Assembly: GCA_963845755.1 (NCBI GenBank)
Contig: CAWJTV010000012.1
Span: 64,001-128,000, forward strand
Source of the DNA: an uncultured Planctomycetota bacterium
GTDB lineage: Bacteria > Planctomycetota > Planctomycetia > Isosphaerales > Isosphaeraceae
Direction of reading: 5' to 3'
DNA: 64,000 nucleotides
Shown here: in pieces, positions 31,857 through 43,424 of the stretch
How the letters are laid out: every line of letters begins with the position of its first letter
How positions within the stretch are numbered: the first letter of the stretch is position 1
The notes under the pieces: generated by a model
What the model was told of the DNA's origin: nothing
Databases searched by the model: none
The model's input: only the letters and a program-made list of their open reading frames with translations
Position numbers and translations under genes: made by a program

Positions 31857-33142
31857 ATGGCGAGCACGCTGCGAGAAGAACTCGCCTCACTGAAGATCGA
31901 ACGTCCCGACCCGTATTTCTCGGCGCGGGAGGATCCCGTAATCCGCACGGTCGTCGAGGAGGCGGAGGTGTACGGATTCTCTCCTGGCTGCTGTGGTTGA
32001 TCCCCTTGGGGATGGTGGGGGCTGGAGCCGTCTACGGCTACCGCCAGTACGATGAGTTGCGCTCCCGGCCGGAAGTGACCCGAGGACTGGTGCAACGGAT
32101 GACCTCCGGCGAAGCCGAGAAACTTTTGAGCGCCAAGGGATATCTCAAGTCGCGCTTCCAGGCGATGATCGGGACGAAGATTCCGGGACGCGTCGAGCGG
32201 ATGTACGTCCACGAAGGGATGAAAGTCAAGAAGGGCGATACGCTCGCAGTCATCGAACACAACGATATGAAAGCGCTCCTGGCGTTGCGCGAAGCTCAGT
32301 TGCTCAAGAACCGGGCCGAGCTCGAGGAAGCCGAGGCCGACCAGTGGGAAAAGGAACGTGAGGAGCGCCGATTGACCGTCCTCCGTGCCCGCAAGACGGT
32401 TCCCGAAGAGGAATATGAAAAAGGGGTCTCCGGGCTGAAAAAGGCCAAGGCGCGAGTCTCGGCCCTCGGGGCCGCCATCAAGTTGACCCAGGCCAACATC
32501 CAGGAGATCCAGGCTACGATCGCCACCATGTCTCTCTACGCCCCGTTCGACGGCACGGTCGTCGAGAAACAGGGTGAGGAGGGTGAAGTCATCACGCCGA
32601 CGGCGATGAACTCATCGCTGGGCCGCACGGCGGTCGTGACGATCGCCGATCTCGCCAAGATGGACGTCGAGACGGACGTCTCCGAGAACTTACTGTGGCG
32701 GATCGCCATGGGCCAGCCGGCGGAGGTTTCCGTCAGTGCGATCCCGTCCAAGCGCTATCGCGGCCGGCTACGGCAGGTGATCCCCATGGGAGATCGGGCG
32801 CGGGGCACGGTCAAGGTCAAGGTCGAGGTCCTCGATCCGGATGACCAACTCTTCCCCGAGCTGGCGGCGACGGTCCATTTCCTCCCCAACAAGACCGGGA
32901 ATAGCGGCGAAACCGGTCAGTCGTACCTGTTCGTCCCGAAGTCGGCCGTGTTCCAGGAAAACGGGCACGATCACGTCTGGGTCATCGGCCGGAAGAGCAC
33001 CGTCCGCAAGCGCCCGGTCGAGGTCGCGACGACCACCGACGCGCTGGCGCGTGTCGAATCAGGACTCGAGGCCGGCGAATCGGTGGTCATCAACCCGCTC
33101 AAGGCGCTCCACGAGGACGAAGTCGTCCGGATCGCTGACTAA
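31857..33142 (+). CDS. periplasmic adaptor (MacA/HlyD-like); frameshift near 31920-31990
   Basis: [16 protein letters not shown] start; lipoyl halves [12 protein letters not shown] and APFDGTV flanking a coiled coil. Confidence 0.88.
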
Positions 33143-33183
33143 CCGCGCCCTTCCGGGCGTCGACGCCGAAAGGTCCATCCTCC

Positions 33184-33900
33184 ATGGCCGATTTGCCTTC
33201 GATTGTGCTGGTGGGAGTCAACAAGGAATATCGCCGCGACGAGTTCCGCATCCCCGTACTCGAGAACCTTCATCTCTCGGTCGCCGAGGGGGAGTTCCTC
33301 GCCCTCATGGGCCCCTCGGGATCGGGCAAGACCACGCTGCTGAACCTGATCGCCGGGCTCGACCGCGCGACCCACGGTAAAGTTGTCGTGCACGGACAGG
33401 ATCTCGGCGCGCTGAGCGAGTCGCAGGTCACGCGCTGGCGTGCCAACAACGTCGGATTCATCTTCCAAACGTATAATCTCATCCCGGTCCTGACCGCATT
33501 CGAGAACGTCGAGTTGCCGCTACTCCTGACCCACCTCTCGCGGCGTAAGCGGCGGGAGAATGTGGCGAAGGCCCTGAAGATCGTGGGCCTCGAAGGGCGC
33601 GAACACCATTACCCGCGCCAACTCTCCGGCGGCCAGGAGCAGCGGGTGGCGATCGCGCGGGCGATCGTCACCTACCCCGACCTCCTCGTGGCCGACGAAC
33701 CGACCGGTGACCTCGACCGCACGACCGCCGGTGAGATCCTCGACCTCCTCGATCTGCTCAATCGCGAGCTGAAGAAAACGATCATCATGGTGACCCACGA
33801 CCCGTTGGCCGCCCAGCGCGCCAGCCGGATCCTCCACCTCGACAAGGGCCAGCTCGTCGATGATGTGATCCAGGAAACCCAGGTGCACGCCGCGTCATGA
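33184..33900 (+). CDS. ABC transporter ATP-binding protein (LolD/MacB-type)
   Basis: [27 protein letters not shown]. Confidence 0.95.
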   Translation: MADLPSIVLVGVNKEYRRDEFRIPVLENLHLSVAEGEFLALMGPSGSGKTTLLNLIAGLDRATHGKVVVHGQDLGALSESQVTRWRANNVGFIFQTYNLIPVLTAFENVELPLLLTHLSRRKRRENVAKALKIVGLEGREHHYPRQLSGGQEQRVAIARAIVTYPDLLVADEPTGDLDRTTAGEILDLLDLLNRELKKTIIMVTHDPLAAQRASRILHLDKGQLVDDVIQETQVHAAS

Positions 33901-35084
33901 AATACTTCACTTATATCCTACGGAACGTCCGGCGCAACCCGGTGCGCTCCGTCCTCACGGTTGCGTCGACAGGGATCTGTCTGTTCCTGATGATGATCCT
34001 CGTCTCCTTCTTCGCGATGAATGACGAGATCAGCACATCCTCGCGGATCTTCAACCGGATCGCGACGCTGAACGCCAACGGTTTTGCCGGCAGGATTCCG
34101 ATCGCATACGTCCAGGAGGTCGGCCGGCTCGACGGGGTGATCGCCGCCACGCCGTTCAGTTGGTACGGCGGGAAGTACAAGGACGAGATCCTCCCGTTCG
34201 CCCAGTTCGCCGTCGATCCGGAGACGGTCTTCACGATCATGAGCGAGTTCAGCCTACCGGATGCCCAGTTGAAGGAGTTCAAGGAGAACAAGGACGGCTG
34301 TGTGATCGGAAGGAAGCTGGCCAACGACAAGAAGCTGAAGATCGGCGATCCGCTCGCCTTGAAGGGGGACGCGTACCCGGTCGACCTCACCATGACCGTG
34401 CGCGGCATCTATGATGGTCCGAGCGATCGCGACCTGCGGATGTGCTTTATCCGATTCGACTACCTCGATGAGGCCCTGAAGCGCGTCGTGATCCGGACCT
34501 CATCGACGGGTGGCCCGCAGTTGTCGGGCAATGCGGGGATGATCTTCGTCAAGTGCCGGAGTGCCGACGCGATGGCGCCCCTCTGCAAGAAGATCGACGA
34601 CCTGTTTCGCAACAGCGACTTCCCGACTCGAACCCAGACCGAGGAAGCCTTCGGCAAGATGTTCGAAGAGATGATGGGGGACCTGCGGGGCATGATTTTC
34701 TGGATCGGAATCGCCGTGGTCTCCTCGCTCCTGTTCGTCGCCGGCAATTCGATGGCGATGTCGATGCGCGAGCGGACGACCGAGGTGGCCGTGCTCAAGG
34801 CCATCGGTTTCAACAAGGGCCTCCTACTGTTCCTCGTCATGACCGAGTCGGTCCTCGTCGCCGCAACCGGCGGCATCCTGGGCTCACTGGGCTGCAAGGG
34901 CCTCTGCGAGGTGGTCGACCTCTCGCAGTTCACGGCGGGCTTCCTCCCGTTCTTCTATGTTCCCTGGAACGTCGCCCTCCTCGGCCTGGGCGTATCACTC
35001 TTCGTCGGGTTCGCAGGCGGGATTTATCCCGCCCTACGCGCGGCCAACCTGGCCGTGGTCGATGGGCTACGGAGGATTATCTGA
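33897..35084 (+). CDS. ABC permease (MacB/FtsX-type)
   Basis: [23 protein letters not shown], 4-TM topology. Confidence 0.92.
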   Translation: MKYFTYILRNVRRNPVRSVLTVASTGICLFLMMILVSFFAMNDEISTSSRIFNRIATLNANGFAGRIPIAYVQEVGRLDGVIAATPFSWYGGKYKDEILPFAQFAVDPETVFTIMSEFSLPDAQLKEFKENKDGCVIGRKLANDKKLKIGDPLALKGDAYPVDLTMTVRGIYDGPSDRDLRMCFIRFDYLDEALKRVVIRTSSTGGPQLSGNAGMIFVKCRSADAMAPLCKKIDDLFRNSDFPTRTQTEEAFGKMFEEMMGDLRGMIFWIGIAVVSSLLFVAGNSMAMSMRERTTEVAVLKAIGFNKGLLLFLVMTESVLVAATGGILGSLGCKGLCEVVDLSQFTAGFLPFFYVPWNVALLGLGVSLFVGFAGGIYPALRAANLAVVDGLRRII

Positions 35085-35091
35085 CGACGTC

Positions 35092-36255
35092 ATGATTCCC
35101 GTCAAATATAATATCCGCAATCTCCGGGTCCGCTGGAAGACGACGCTGATGACCGTGCTCGGCACGGGGCTGGTCGTCTGGTCGTCATGTATCCTCTTCG
35201 GGCTCGTCGATGGTCTGGAGCATAGCCTGACCATCTCCGGCGATCCGCTCGACATCATCGTCATGCGCAAGGGCTCGACAAACGAGACGACCGGCGGCTT
35301 CGAGACTTCCAAGGCCGACGAACTCCTCAACCTGCCCGGCATCGCTCGCGACGAGCAAGGCCGTCCCCTGGCGGCGAAGGAATTGCTGAACATCCCGATC
35401 GCCGAGCGCCAGAACGGGACCCGGACCAACATCATCGTGCGCGGCGTGCAGCCCGCATCGCGGAAGCTGCGACCGGACTTCCGGATCGTCGAGGGGAACG
35501 ATCTGGTCGAAGGCCGCGGCGAGTGCCTCGTCAGCCGGAGTATGACCAAGCGGTTCAAGGATGCCCAGATCGGTGGTAAACTCGAATTCGGCGAAAAGGA
35601 GCAATACCGGGTCGTGGGGATCTTCACCGCGGGCGGCAGCGCGGCCGAGAGCGAGGTCTGGGCGGACCTGAAGGACGTCGAGAAGAACACCGGCCGCGAC
35701 GGCTCGGTCTCGTGCGTGCAGATCCGCGCGACCGGTCCCGATGATTATCGCAAGCTCCAGGACACCATCGAGAACGACACCCGGTTCAAGTTGGCGGCCA
35801 TCCCCGAATCGGTCTACTTCCAGAACCAGAATCGCTCCGGCATCTTCCTCAAGGGGGCGGGGACTCTGATCGCCGTCCTCCTGACGTTCGGCGCGATGTT
35901 CGCCGCGGCCAACACGATGTTCGCCGCCGTCGGCGCCCGGACTCGCGAGATCGGCACGATGCGCGCGCTGGGGTTCTCCCAGCTCGATATCCTGATCTGC
36001 TTCATGGGCGAATCGCTGATCCTCTGCGGACTCGGCGGGGCGATCGGGGTGCTTGCCGCGATCCCACTCAATGCGCTGACGTACGAGACGAGCGACTTCA
36101 ACAGCTTCGCCTCCATCACGGTCGGGTTCCGCTTCGGGCCGCTGGTGATGGCCGTCGCATTTCTGATGACGCTCGCCATGGGGCTCTTCGGCGGGATGTT
36201 CCCCGCCATCCGCGCCGTGAGGCTCGACGTCATCTCGGCGCTGCGAGAGCTGTGA
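35092..36255 (+). CDS. ABC permease (MacB/FtsX-type)
   Basis: YNIRNLRVR, RTREIGTMRALGFS, PAIRAVRL. Confidence 0.92.
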   Translation: MIPVKYNIRNLRVRWKTTLMTVLGTGLVVWSSCILFGLVDGLEHSLTISGDPLDIIVMRKGSTNETTGGFETSKADELLNLPGIARDEQGRPLAAKELLNIPIAERQNGTRTNIIVRGVQPASRKLRPDFRIVEGNDLVEGRGECLVSRSMTKRFKDAQIGGKLEFGEKEQYRVVGIFTAGGSAAESEVWADLKDVEKNTGRDGSVSCVQIRATGPDDYRKLQDTIENDTRFKLAAIPESVYFQNQNRSGIFLKGAGTLIAVLLTFGAMFAAANTMFAAVGARTREIGTMRALGFSQLDILICFMGESLILCGLGGAIGVLAAIPLNALTYETSDFNSFASITVGFRFGPLVMAVAFLMTLAMGLFGGMFPAIRAVRLDVISALREL

Positions 36256-36292
36256 GCACCCGCACGGACGGGGCACGGCATCGCGCGGGCCT

Positions 36293-36955
36293 TCATCGCG
36301 CATGTTCGAGTCGCACGATCGTCCGAGCCGAGGGGAGGCTGGCCCGTGAGATCTCGACGGAGTGCGCGCCCGGCCGATCGATCGGGTCGCCGGGAAGCGC
36401 CTCGAGGAATCGCTCGACCGGCTGGATATTCAGATTGATCCTGGGCGTCTTGAAGTGCATCGGGATCACGACCCGAGGGCCAATCGCATCGAGGAGCGGA
36501 GGGATCTCGGGGTAATCGAGCGTCGGCGGGCCGCCCGCGGCGGCGAGGACGATGTCGGCACCCCGCAGCGGCGCCAGCTCCGGCCCGGTCAAGGGATGTC
36601 CAAGATCCCCCAGGAACACCACGTGCAAGCCCTCGGCCTGAAAATGGACGATCGTGACCTCATCCTCCGGCCGGCGCTCGGGAGTTTCGAAGACGTGTAT
36701 CGACTGGATCGAGATGTGCCGAAACATCGTGCCTTGCGGCGGCAGCTCCAGCGCCCGGATCGTCTCGAAGGGAGGTATGATCTGGCCCAGGTGGCTATGA
36801 TACCGGTCGTTCTCATGGCTGACGACCACCAGGTCCGCGGGCTCGTCGATCGGCTCGTATCCCCCGCAATCGGGCGAGCGATAGGGATCGAGAATGATCC
36901 GAACGACCTGGGTCTCGATCAAGAATGCCGCATGGCCGAACCAGGTGATCCGCAT
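36293..36955 (-). CDS. metallo-beta-lactamase-fold hydrolase
   Basis: ITWFGHAAF, ILDPY, SHENDRYH, FLGDLG, IPMHF. Confidence 0.85.
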   Translation of the reverse strand: MRITWFGHAAFLIETQVVRIILDPYRSPDCGGYEPIDEPADLVVVSHENDRYHSHLGQIIPPFETIRALELPPQGTMFRHISIQSIHVFETPERRPEDEVTIVHFQAEGLHVVFLGDLGHPLTGPELAPLRGADIVLAAAGGPPTLDYPEIPPLLDAIGPRVVIPMHFKTPRINLNIQPVERFLEALPGDPIDRPGAHSVEISRASLPSARTIVRLEHAR

Positions 36956-37148
36956 GAGGATGCTCGCTCGGAAGGTGTCGATCCGCTCGGAACCGGTCGT
37001 CCGGCTACCGACACTCGATCATAACCGGGCGCGCGGGATTGTGTTACCATATGATGCGAATGGCGACTGGGAGGGTGGCCGGTCCCGCTCCAGCAGCGCA
37101 ATCACCTTGCCTGGCTCGCACTCTGCCGCCCGAAAGGAGACGCATCTC

Positions 37149-38072
37149 ATGAACCGCCGCAACTTTCTGGCCGCCGCCGGTGCTGGGACCGCGACTGCCG
37201 TCGTTTCCTCGACGTCGCCGGGAGCAACCGCACCGGTCAAAGCCGGATCCACCGGCGATGGGACGTGGTTGACCTATGCCGTCAACGTCGAGATGACCTG
37301 GGGAAGACTCCCGTTCCTGGACCGGCTCCGGAAGGTCAAGGAGGCTGGGTTCTCGCACTATGAGTTCTGGCCGTGGCGCGGGAAGGACATCGAGGGAATC
37401 CTCAAGCTGAACGACGAGCTCGGACTGATCGCGTCACAGTTCTCGGCCTCGCCCGTGAAGGGCTTCGGCCATGGGATCACCAATCCTGACCCCAGGCGGC
37501 GGGAAGAGTTTGAGGAGGAGATCCGGTCGGCCGTGGCGGTCGCCAAGAAGCTGGGGGTCAAGAAGCTTTGCGTCGTGGCCGGAGAAGAGACCGTCGGACA
37601 TTCCCGAGAGGAACAGATCCAGGCGGTAATCAGCGCACTCAAAGCCGGCGCCCGGATCGTCGAGCCCGAGGGGATCACCATCATCCTGGAACCGCTCAAT
37701 GTCCTGGTCGATCATCCCCGGCAACTGATCGTCCATTCCGCGCAGGCCGCCGCGGTCCTCGATGCCGTCGGCTCGGCGAACGTCAAGATGCTCTTCGATA
37801 TCTACCACCAGCAGATCAGCGAGGGGAACCTCACGCTCAACATCCGGAAGTATCGCGATCGGATCGGCTACTTCCAGCTTGCCGACCATCCCGGACGCCA
37901 CGAGCCCACGACCGGTGAGATCTCCTATCCCTTCATCCTGAAGACGATCCACGACGTGGGATATCGCGATCCGATCGGCATGGAGATGAGTCCCAAATCC
38001 GACCCGATGACGGCCTTCAAGTCGATCCGGCGGGTCGATGCCGAGGCACGCGCTCTGAACGCCATCGCTTGA
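37149..38072 (+). CDS. Tat-exported hydroxypyruvate isomerase-like TIM-barrel protein
   Basis: MNRRNFL twin-Arg signal; LEPLN, LFDIYHQQISEG, ADHPGRHEP.TGEI. Confidence 0.88.
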   Translation: MNRRNFLAAAGAGTATAVVSSTSPGATAPVKAGSTGDGTWLTYAVNVEMTWGRLPFLDRLRKVKEAGFSHYEFWPWRGKDIEGILKLNDELGLIASQFSASPVKGFGHGITNPDPRRREEFEEEIRSAVAVAKKLGVKKLCVVAGEETVGHSREEQIQAVISALKAGARIVEPEGITIILEPLNVLVDHPRQLIVHSAQAAAVLDAVGSANVKMLFDIYHQQISEGNLTLNIRKYRDRIGYFQLADHPGRHEPTTGEISYPFILKTIHDVGYRDPIGMEMSPKSDPMTAFKSIRRVDAEARALNAIA

Positions 38073-38092
38073 CCCCATCGGGAAGCCATTCG

Positions 38093-39388
38093 ATGCGATG
38101 GTTGTCGCACATCGCCGGATCGCAGATCTGGTCGCGAGAGTTCCGGATCGACGTCAAGCCGATTGCGCGACTGGTTCGCGAGCGCCCCGAAACGGTCATC
38201 CTGGGACTGGGGATCCTGTTACGCGTGGTCGTCTATCTGTCCAATCGCACGATGTGGCTCGACGAGATGTCTCTGGCGGCCAACGTGGTCGGGAAGCCGA
38301 TCCTCGATTTCCCGGAACCCTTGACCAACGACCAGCTCGCCCCGTTCGGCTTCCTGATCCTCCAGAGATCGATCGTGAAGCTCCTGGGCGACTCGAATTT
38401 TTCCATGCGACTGGTGCCGCTGTCCGCCGGCATCGTCGCGTTGATTCTGTTTTCCCGGCTGGCTCGCCGCATACTGCCGCGACGGGCGTCGTTGGTTGCA
38501 ATGGCGCTCTTCGCCTTTTCGGATGACCTGATCTATTACTCCAGCGAGATGAAACCGTACTCGGTAGACCTGGTGGTCGGGCTGGCGATCAGTCTGCTGA
38601 CCCTCAAGGCACTGTGCAAACCGGTCAGCACTCGCTCGGCGGTCTGGTTGGCCACCCTCGTGGCCGCGGCCCCCTGGTGGTCGTTCGCCTCGGTGTTTGT
38701 CGTCTCCGCTTGTGGCGGCGTGCTGGTCCTGGAGAGTCTGGTTTCGCGGCGATACCGCGCCGCGGTCCTCTGGGTGGTCATCGGACTCGGTTGGCTCGGG
38801 GACCTCGCGGTGTCCGTCGAGGCTTCACACAATCTGCTCACGCCCTACACCACGATGTACCTGTTCTGGGACTTTGCGTTCCTTCCCAATCATTCGGTGG
38901 CCGGAGCGACTCAGGCCGCATCAATCCTTCGCGACGACCTGCATAAGGCCGCGGGCATCCTCCTCGAAATCTTCGTGAACCCCTTGAACCTCGTCGGCCC
39001 GATTTGGCCGCGTGTCGGGGTCATCGTCCCCTTCATTCTCCTTCAGGTCGGTGAGCTTTCCCTGGCGCGACGGTCCTGGCTGACGTATCTTCTCCTCGTC
39101 TTACCGATCGTCCTGGCGATCGTGGCTTCTGGCTATAAGATGTATCCATTCCATGGCCGGCTGATACTCGAGCTCGTCCCGGCTTTCTTTCTCTTGATCG
39201 CCGAAGGGTCGGAGTGGGTGGGTCAGCGGGATCCGACCCGCTACCGGCTCTGCTACAAGGCTGCCTTGATCGTTCTCCTGGCCTACCCATGCTTTGCGGC
39301 GGTCTACCAGGCGTCTGGTCAGCGCTATCGCTTGTTCAATCCCCACGGTGATTTGCACACGAACGTCTTCCTGGAGGGAGCAGGATGA
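38093..39388 (+). CDS. GT-C (PMT/ArnT-like) membrane glycosyltransferase
   Basis: MWLDE, QLAPFGF, RLVPL, YYSSEMKPY, multiple TMs. Confidence 0.75.
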   Translation: MRWLSHIAGSQIWSREFRIDVKPIARLVRERPETVILGLGILLRVVVYLSNRTMWLDEMSLAANVVGKPILDFPEPLTNDQLAPFGFLILQRSIVKLLGDSNFSMRLVPLSAGIVALILFSRLARRILPRRASLVAMALFAFSDDLIYYSSEMKPYSVDLVVGLAISLLTLKALCKPVSTRSAVWLATLVAAAPWWSFASVFVVSACGGVLVLESLVSRRYRAAVLWVVIGLGWLGDLAVSVEASHNLLTPYTTMYLFWDFAFLPNHSVAGATQAASILRDDLHKAAGILLEIFVNPLNLVGPIWPRVGVIVPFILLQVGELSLARRSWLTYLLLVLPIVLAIVASGYKMYPFHGRLILELVPAFFLLIAEGSEWVGQRDPTRYRLCYKAALIVLLAYPCFAAVYQASGQRYRLFNPHGDLHTNVFLEGAG

Positions 39389-39671
39389 ATCCGGCATGGT
39401 GGTTCCGTGGAGGGCCGCGTGCGTCCCGGACAGGACTCACTCGTTTCGTGTCCGAAATGGCGTTCCACGGCAATAGTAATGATAGGGTGCGGCGAGGTGG
39501 TCTTCGAGGGTGGATCCGTGGCGGCATAAGGTCATGAATCAGCGGACTGATGATCGCGATGCGGCCGCGGGAGATGCTCCGGCGGACTCGAATTCCGCTT
39601 CCCGCGACTGCTCGTACGAGTTGACCGGGCCGGAGTTCTCGCCGGATTCGGTTGTGATGGGTTGACGCACG

Positions 39672-42201
39672 GTGGGCCCCGAAGAGCTGTTAGAGCGCCT
39701 CTGCAATGACCAGGTGAAGCGATGGCGCGACGGCCAGCGGGTCCCGGCCGAGGCGTATTTGTCGATGCATCCAACGATCCGGGATGAAGGCGAAGCGGCA
39801 TTCGAATTGATTTATGGTGAGTTCTTGCTGCGCGAGGAGCGGGGCGAGCGGCCTTCCCTGGGAGAGTTCCGATGGCGCTTCCCGCGGTTCGCCAAACGGC
39901 TCCAAAGACAACTCGACCTCCACGACGTGCTGGGGGTCGATGGCAAGGTCGAGCCACCTTGGGACGGAATTTCCGAGGATGTCGACGTGTCGGAATCGGA
40001 AGAAGTTGGTCCCCACCGAAGCGGACACTTCTTCGGGCCGGGCTACCGGATTCTGGGCGAGCTGGGACGTGGTGGGATGGGTGCGGTCTACAAGGCCTGG
40101 CAGATCCGGCTCAAGCGGGTCGTGGCGCTGAAGGTCATTCGCGCCGATGCCTATGCTGACTCGGGAGCCGCGGCGCGCTTCCAGTCGGAGGCCGAGGCAG
40201 CGGCCCGGTTCCAGCACCCCAACCTGATCCCGGTCTTCGAGATCGGGGAACACGAGGGCATGGGATACCTCGTGCTCGAATACGCCGCCGGCGGAGGACT
40301 GGATCGACGCCTGGCCGGCACGCTTCAGGACCCCGTGGAATCGGCCCGCCTCATCGAACTCCTGGCTCGAGCGATCCACTATGCCCATCTGCGCGGGATC
40401 GTCCATCGGGACCTGAAACCGGCGAACGTCTTGCTCACCGAAGAGGGCGTCCCCAAGATCACGGACTTCGGACTGGCGAAGTTGCTCGAGCGCGAGGACG
40501 CCTTGACGCGCGCCGGCGAGATCCTGGGCACGCCCAGCTACATGGCACCCGAACAGGTTCGCGGACTCACGGACCAGATCACTCCGGCCACAGACGTCTA
40601 TTCTCTGGGGGCCATCCTCTATGAGATGGTTACCGGCCGTCCGCCATTCAAAGGGACTACACCCCTTTCGACGCTCGAGCAAGTCTCGAGCCATGAGCCC
40701 CTTTCCCCCTGCAAGCTCCAGCGCAGTCTTCCCCGAGACCTGGTGACGATCTGCCTCAAATGCCTGCAAAAGGATCCCCATCGCCGTTATCCGACCGCGC
40801 TGGCATTGGGTGAGGATCTGCACCGATTCCTGCAGGGCCAACCGATCCTGGCCCGGCCGATCTCGATTCTTGAACGCACCTGGAAGTGGGCGCAGGAGGC
40901 GGCCCGGCATCGCGACGGCGATTACCGCCCTCCTCGTGCTCCTGCTCGTGCTGCTGGGCGGGGGCGTGTACTACAACTCCCAGCTCCGAGAGAAGATGCT
41001 GGAGGCCCGCGAGGCCGAACAGCGAGCAGCGACCAATGCCCGGGCGGCCTTCGAACAACGAAACCTCGCCCTCCAGGCTCTCAATCAGCTCGTCTACGAC
41101 GTCCAGGAGAAACTTGCCCAGACCCCTGCCACCCGTTCGCTCCGTCAAGAAGTGCTCAAGACGGCGATTCGGGGACTCGAGGACCTTGGACGAAACACCG
41201 CGGGTGCTCCACCCGATCTGAGTCAGGCGGTCGCCTACCAGAAGCTCGGCGACATCTTCCGGATCATCGGTCGATCCGTCACCGCCCGCCAGCATTACAA
41301 CCAATCGCAACGGCTGGCCGAGGAGCGATTCAGGCAATCGCCGCGCGAGCTCGAAGCGGCGGAGGTTCTTTATCGGACGCACATGGGACTGGGTCTGCTC
41401 GACCTGAGAGCCGATCAGTTCGACGCGACCAAGGTGGAGTTCCATCGCGCCGTGACCATGGCGGAAACCCTCGTCGACGCCAGGCCGGCAAGGGACGGAC
41501 CTCGTCGCGACCTGATCGAGGCTTATCTCCAACTCGGACGAGCTTACAGCTTCGCCCACGATTATGCGACGGCGGAGGTGTGGTTCCTCAAGATGCAGGA
41601 CCTGGCCGGGAGTTGGGTCTCCGCGGATCCGAGACAGGTGCAAGCCCAAGACCTGCTCGCGTCGAGCTACCGCAAGCTGGCGGACTTGAAGAAATTCTCC
41701 CGGGAGTTCGTCGAAGCCCGCCGGCTGTACTCGCGCGCCATTGAAATCTGCGAGGTACTGCTGGCGAGATCGAACGACAGTTTCGAGTTCAGGACCCATC
41801 TGGCCATCGCGCTCGACGACCTCGCTCAGGTCGCGCAAAAACAGGACCGATTCGAGGAGGCGCGGCAGCTTTTCCGGAAAGCCGAGTCGCACTTCCTCGA
41901 GCTGGTCCGCACCGATCCCGAGCACCTGGACTCCCGACTGGCCCTGATGCATACCCAGTACAATCGCGCGATGCTGGACCGAGGCGAATCGCGGTTCGAC
42001 GCGGCGGTTGCGGGATTCCGTGGCGTCCGCGATCAACTCTCCATCCTCGAGCGTGAGGGCCGGATCGAGGACCGGCACCGTCTCTTCGTAAATACCCGAT
42101 CGCTCGATAAGAACATCGATTCGTGTGTCGCGGCTTCGCGGGCGTCCCGGGATCCACGCGCGACCGCCGGCTCGATCGGGACGGCTAGAACGTCGGAATG
42201 A
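39672..42201 (+). CDS. Ser/Thr kinase with TM and TPR-like C-terminus; frameshift near 40895
   Basis: LGRGGMG, VALK, HRDLKPAN, DFG, GTPSYMAPE; TM and helical repeats in the second frame. Confidence 0.88.
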
Positions 42202-43329
42202 CGATCCGATCCCCTCCCTTCATGGCCGAGTCGTGGCGCAGAGCCCGACCATCGTCCAGTTGGCTGAGGTTGCCGCGTCAGGCAAGGCCGGACGCTCTCC
42301 TCGAACAGCGCTCAGGAAGGCGTGGACCAGGTGAGGGTGAGAACCGCCATGGCCGCCGCCCTGGGTGAACGACAAATGCTGCTCCCCTTCGTCGAGGCTA
42401 TAGACACCCTTGGTGGTGAAGCGGCGGATCGGCTCGGGAAGGCGCTGAGCATAGTCGGGCACGGCGACTCGTTTGGGGATCTCCGACTCGGGGATGGTGT
42501 GCTCGGAGGTGCTCTTGGTGTGAATCACCGGATCCTCGCCTTCGACCTGTTGCCATTCGAAGCTCTTCGCGCTTCCGGTTGCGTCGAAGCTCTCGCGGTA
42601 CTGTCTCGCGGTATCGAAGAGGCTGCGCGTGACCTCGGCAACGACGTCCGAGTCCTTGATGGTGAAGGTAGCCGTCTCGATGGCGAACGGGCTGCCGTAC
42701 CGGCCGATCAGCTCCTCGCGGATGCGACCGGAGCCGTGACAGACGACGCTTTCGGCGAGTTTGCCCAGGATCGCCAGGCACGGACTGACGCAATGGGTCG
42801 CGTACCACATCGGGGGCAGCCCCGGCCAGTAATCCGGCCAGCCGTCCATGTCTTGCTGGTGACTGCCTCTGAGGAACTGGAGCCGGCCCAGCTCTCCCTT
42901 GTCATAGAGTTCCTTGACGAACAGGTACTCACGGCTATAGACGACGGTCTCCATCATGATGTAGACCTTGCCGCTCTTGCGCTGGGCTTCCACGATCCGT
43001 CGGCATTCGTCGACGCTCGTGCCCATCGGCACGGTACAGGCGACGTGCTTGCCGGCCGCGAGCGCCTCGATCGACATCCAGGCGTGGTCCGGGATCGGCG
43101 AGTTGATATGGACCGCGTCGATGTCCGGGTCCTTCAGGAGTTCCCGGTAGTCGGTGTAACGAGCCGGGATCTTGTAGCGATCCCCGCACTCGTCGAGACC
43201 GTTGCGGTCTCGGCGGCAGATCGCGTGAATCTCCGCCCCGGGATAACTCTGGTAAATCGGGATGAACTCGGCCCCGAAACCGAGACCGATGATCGCCACG
43301 CGGATCGGCTTTTCGCTTGCCATCGACAT
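42185..43329 (-). CDS. Gfo/Idh/MocA oxidoreductase; frameshift near 42235
   Basis: IIGLGFG, GKHVACTVP, HGGSHPHLV; restored end CAHDSAMKGGDRIVIPTF*. Confidence 0.88.
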
Positions 43330-43424
43330 CGTCCCTGGATCATGGTGGAGGAAGAGACTTGCGGAGTTCCGTGCAAGATAGTAGGACGTGAGGGATAAGG
43401 CAAGCACCCTGTGAGGAGACCAGC

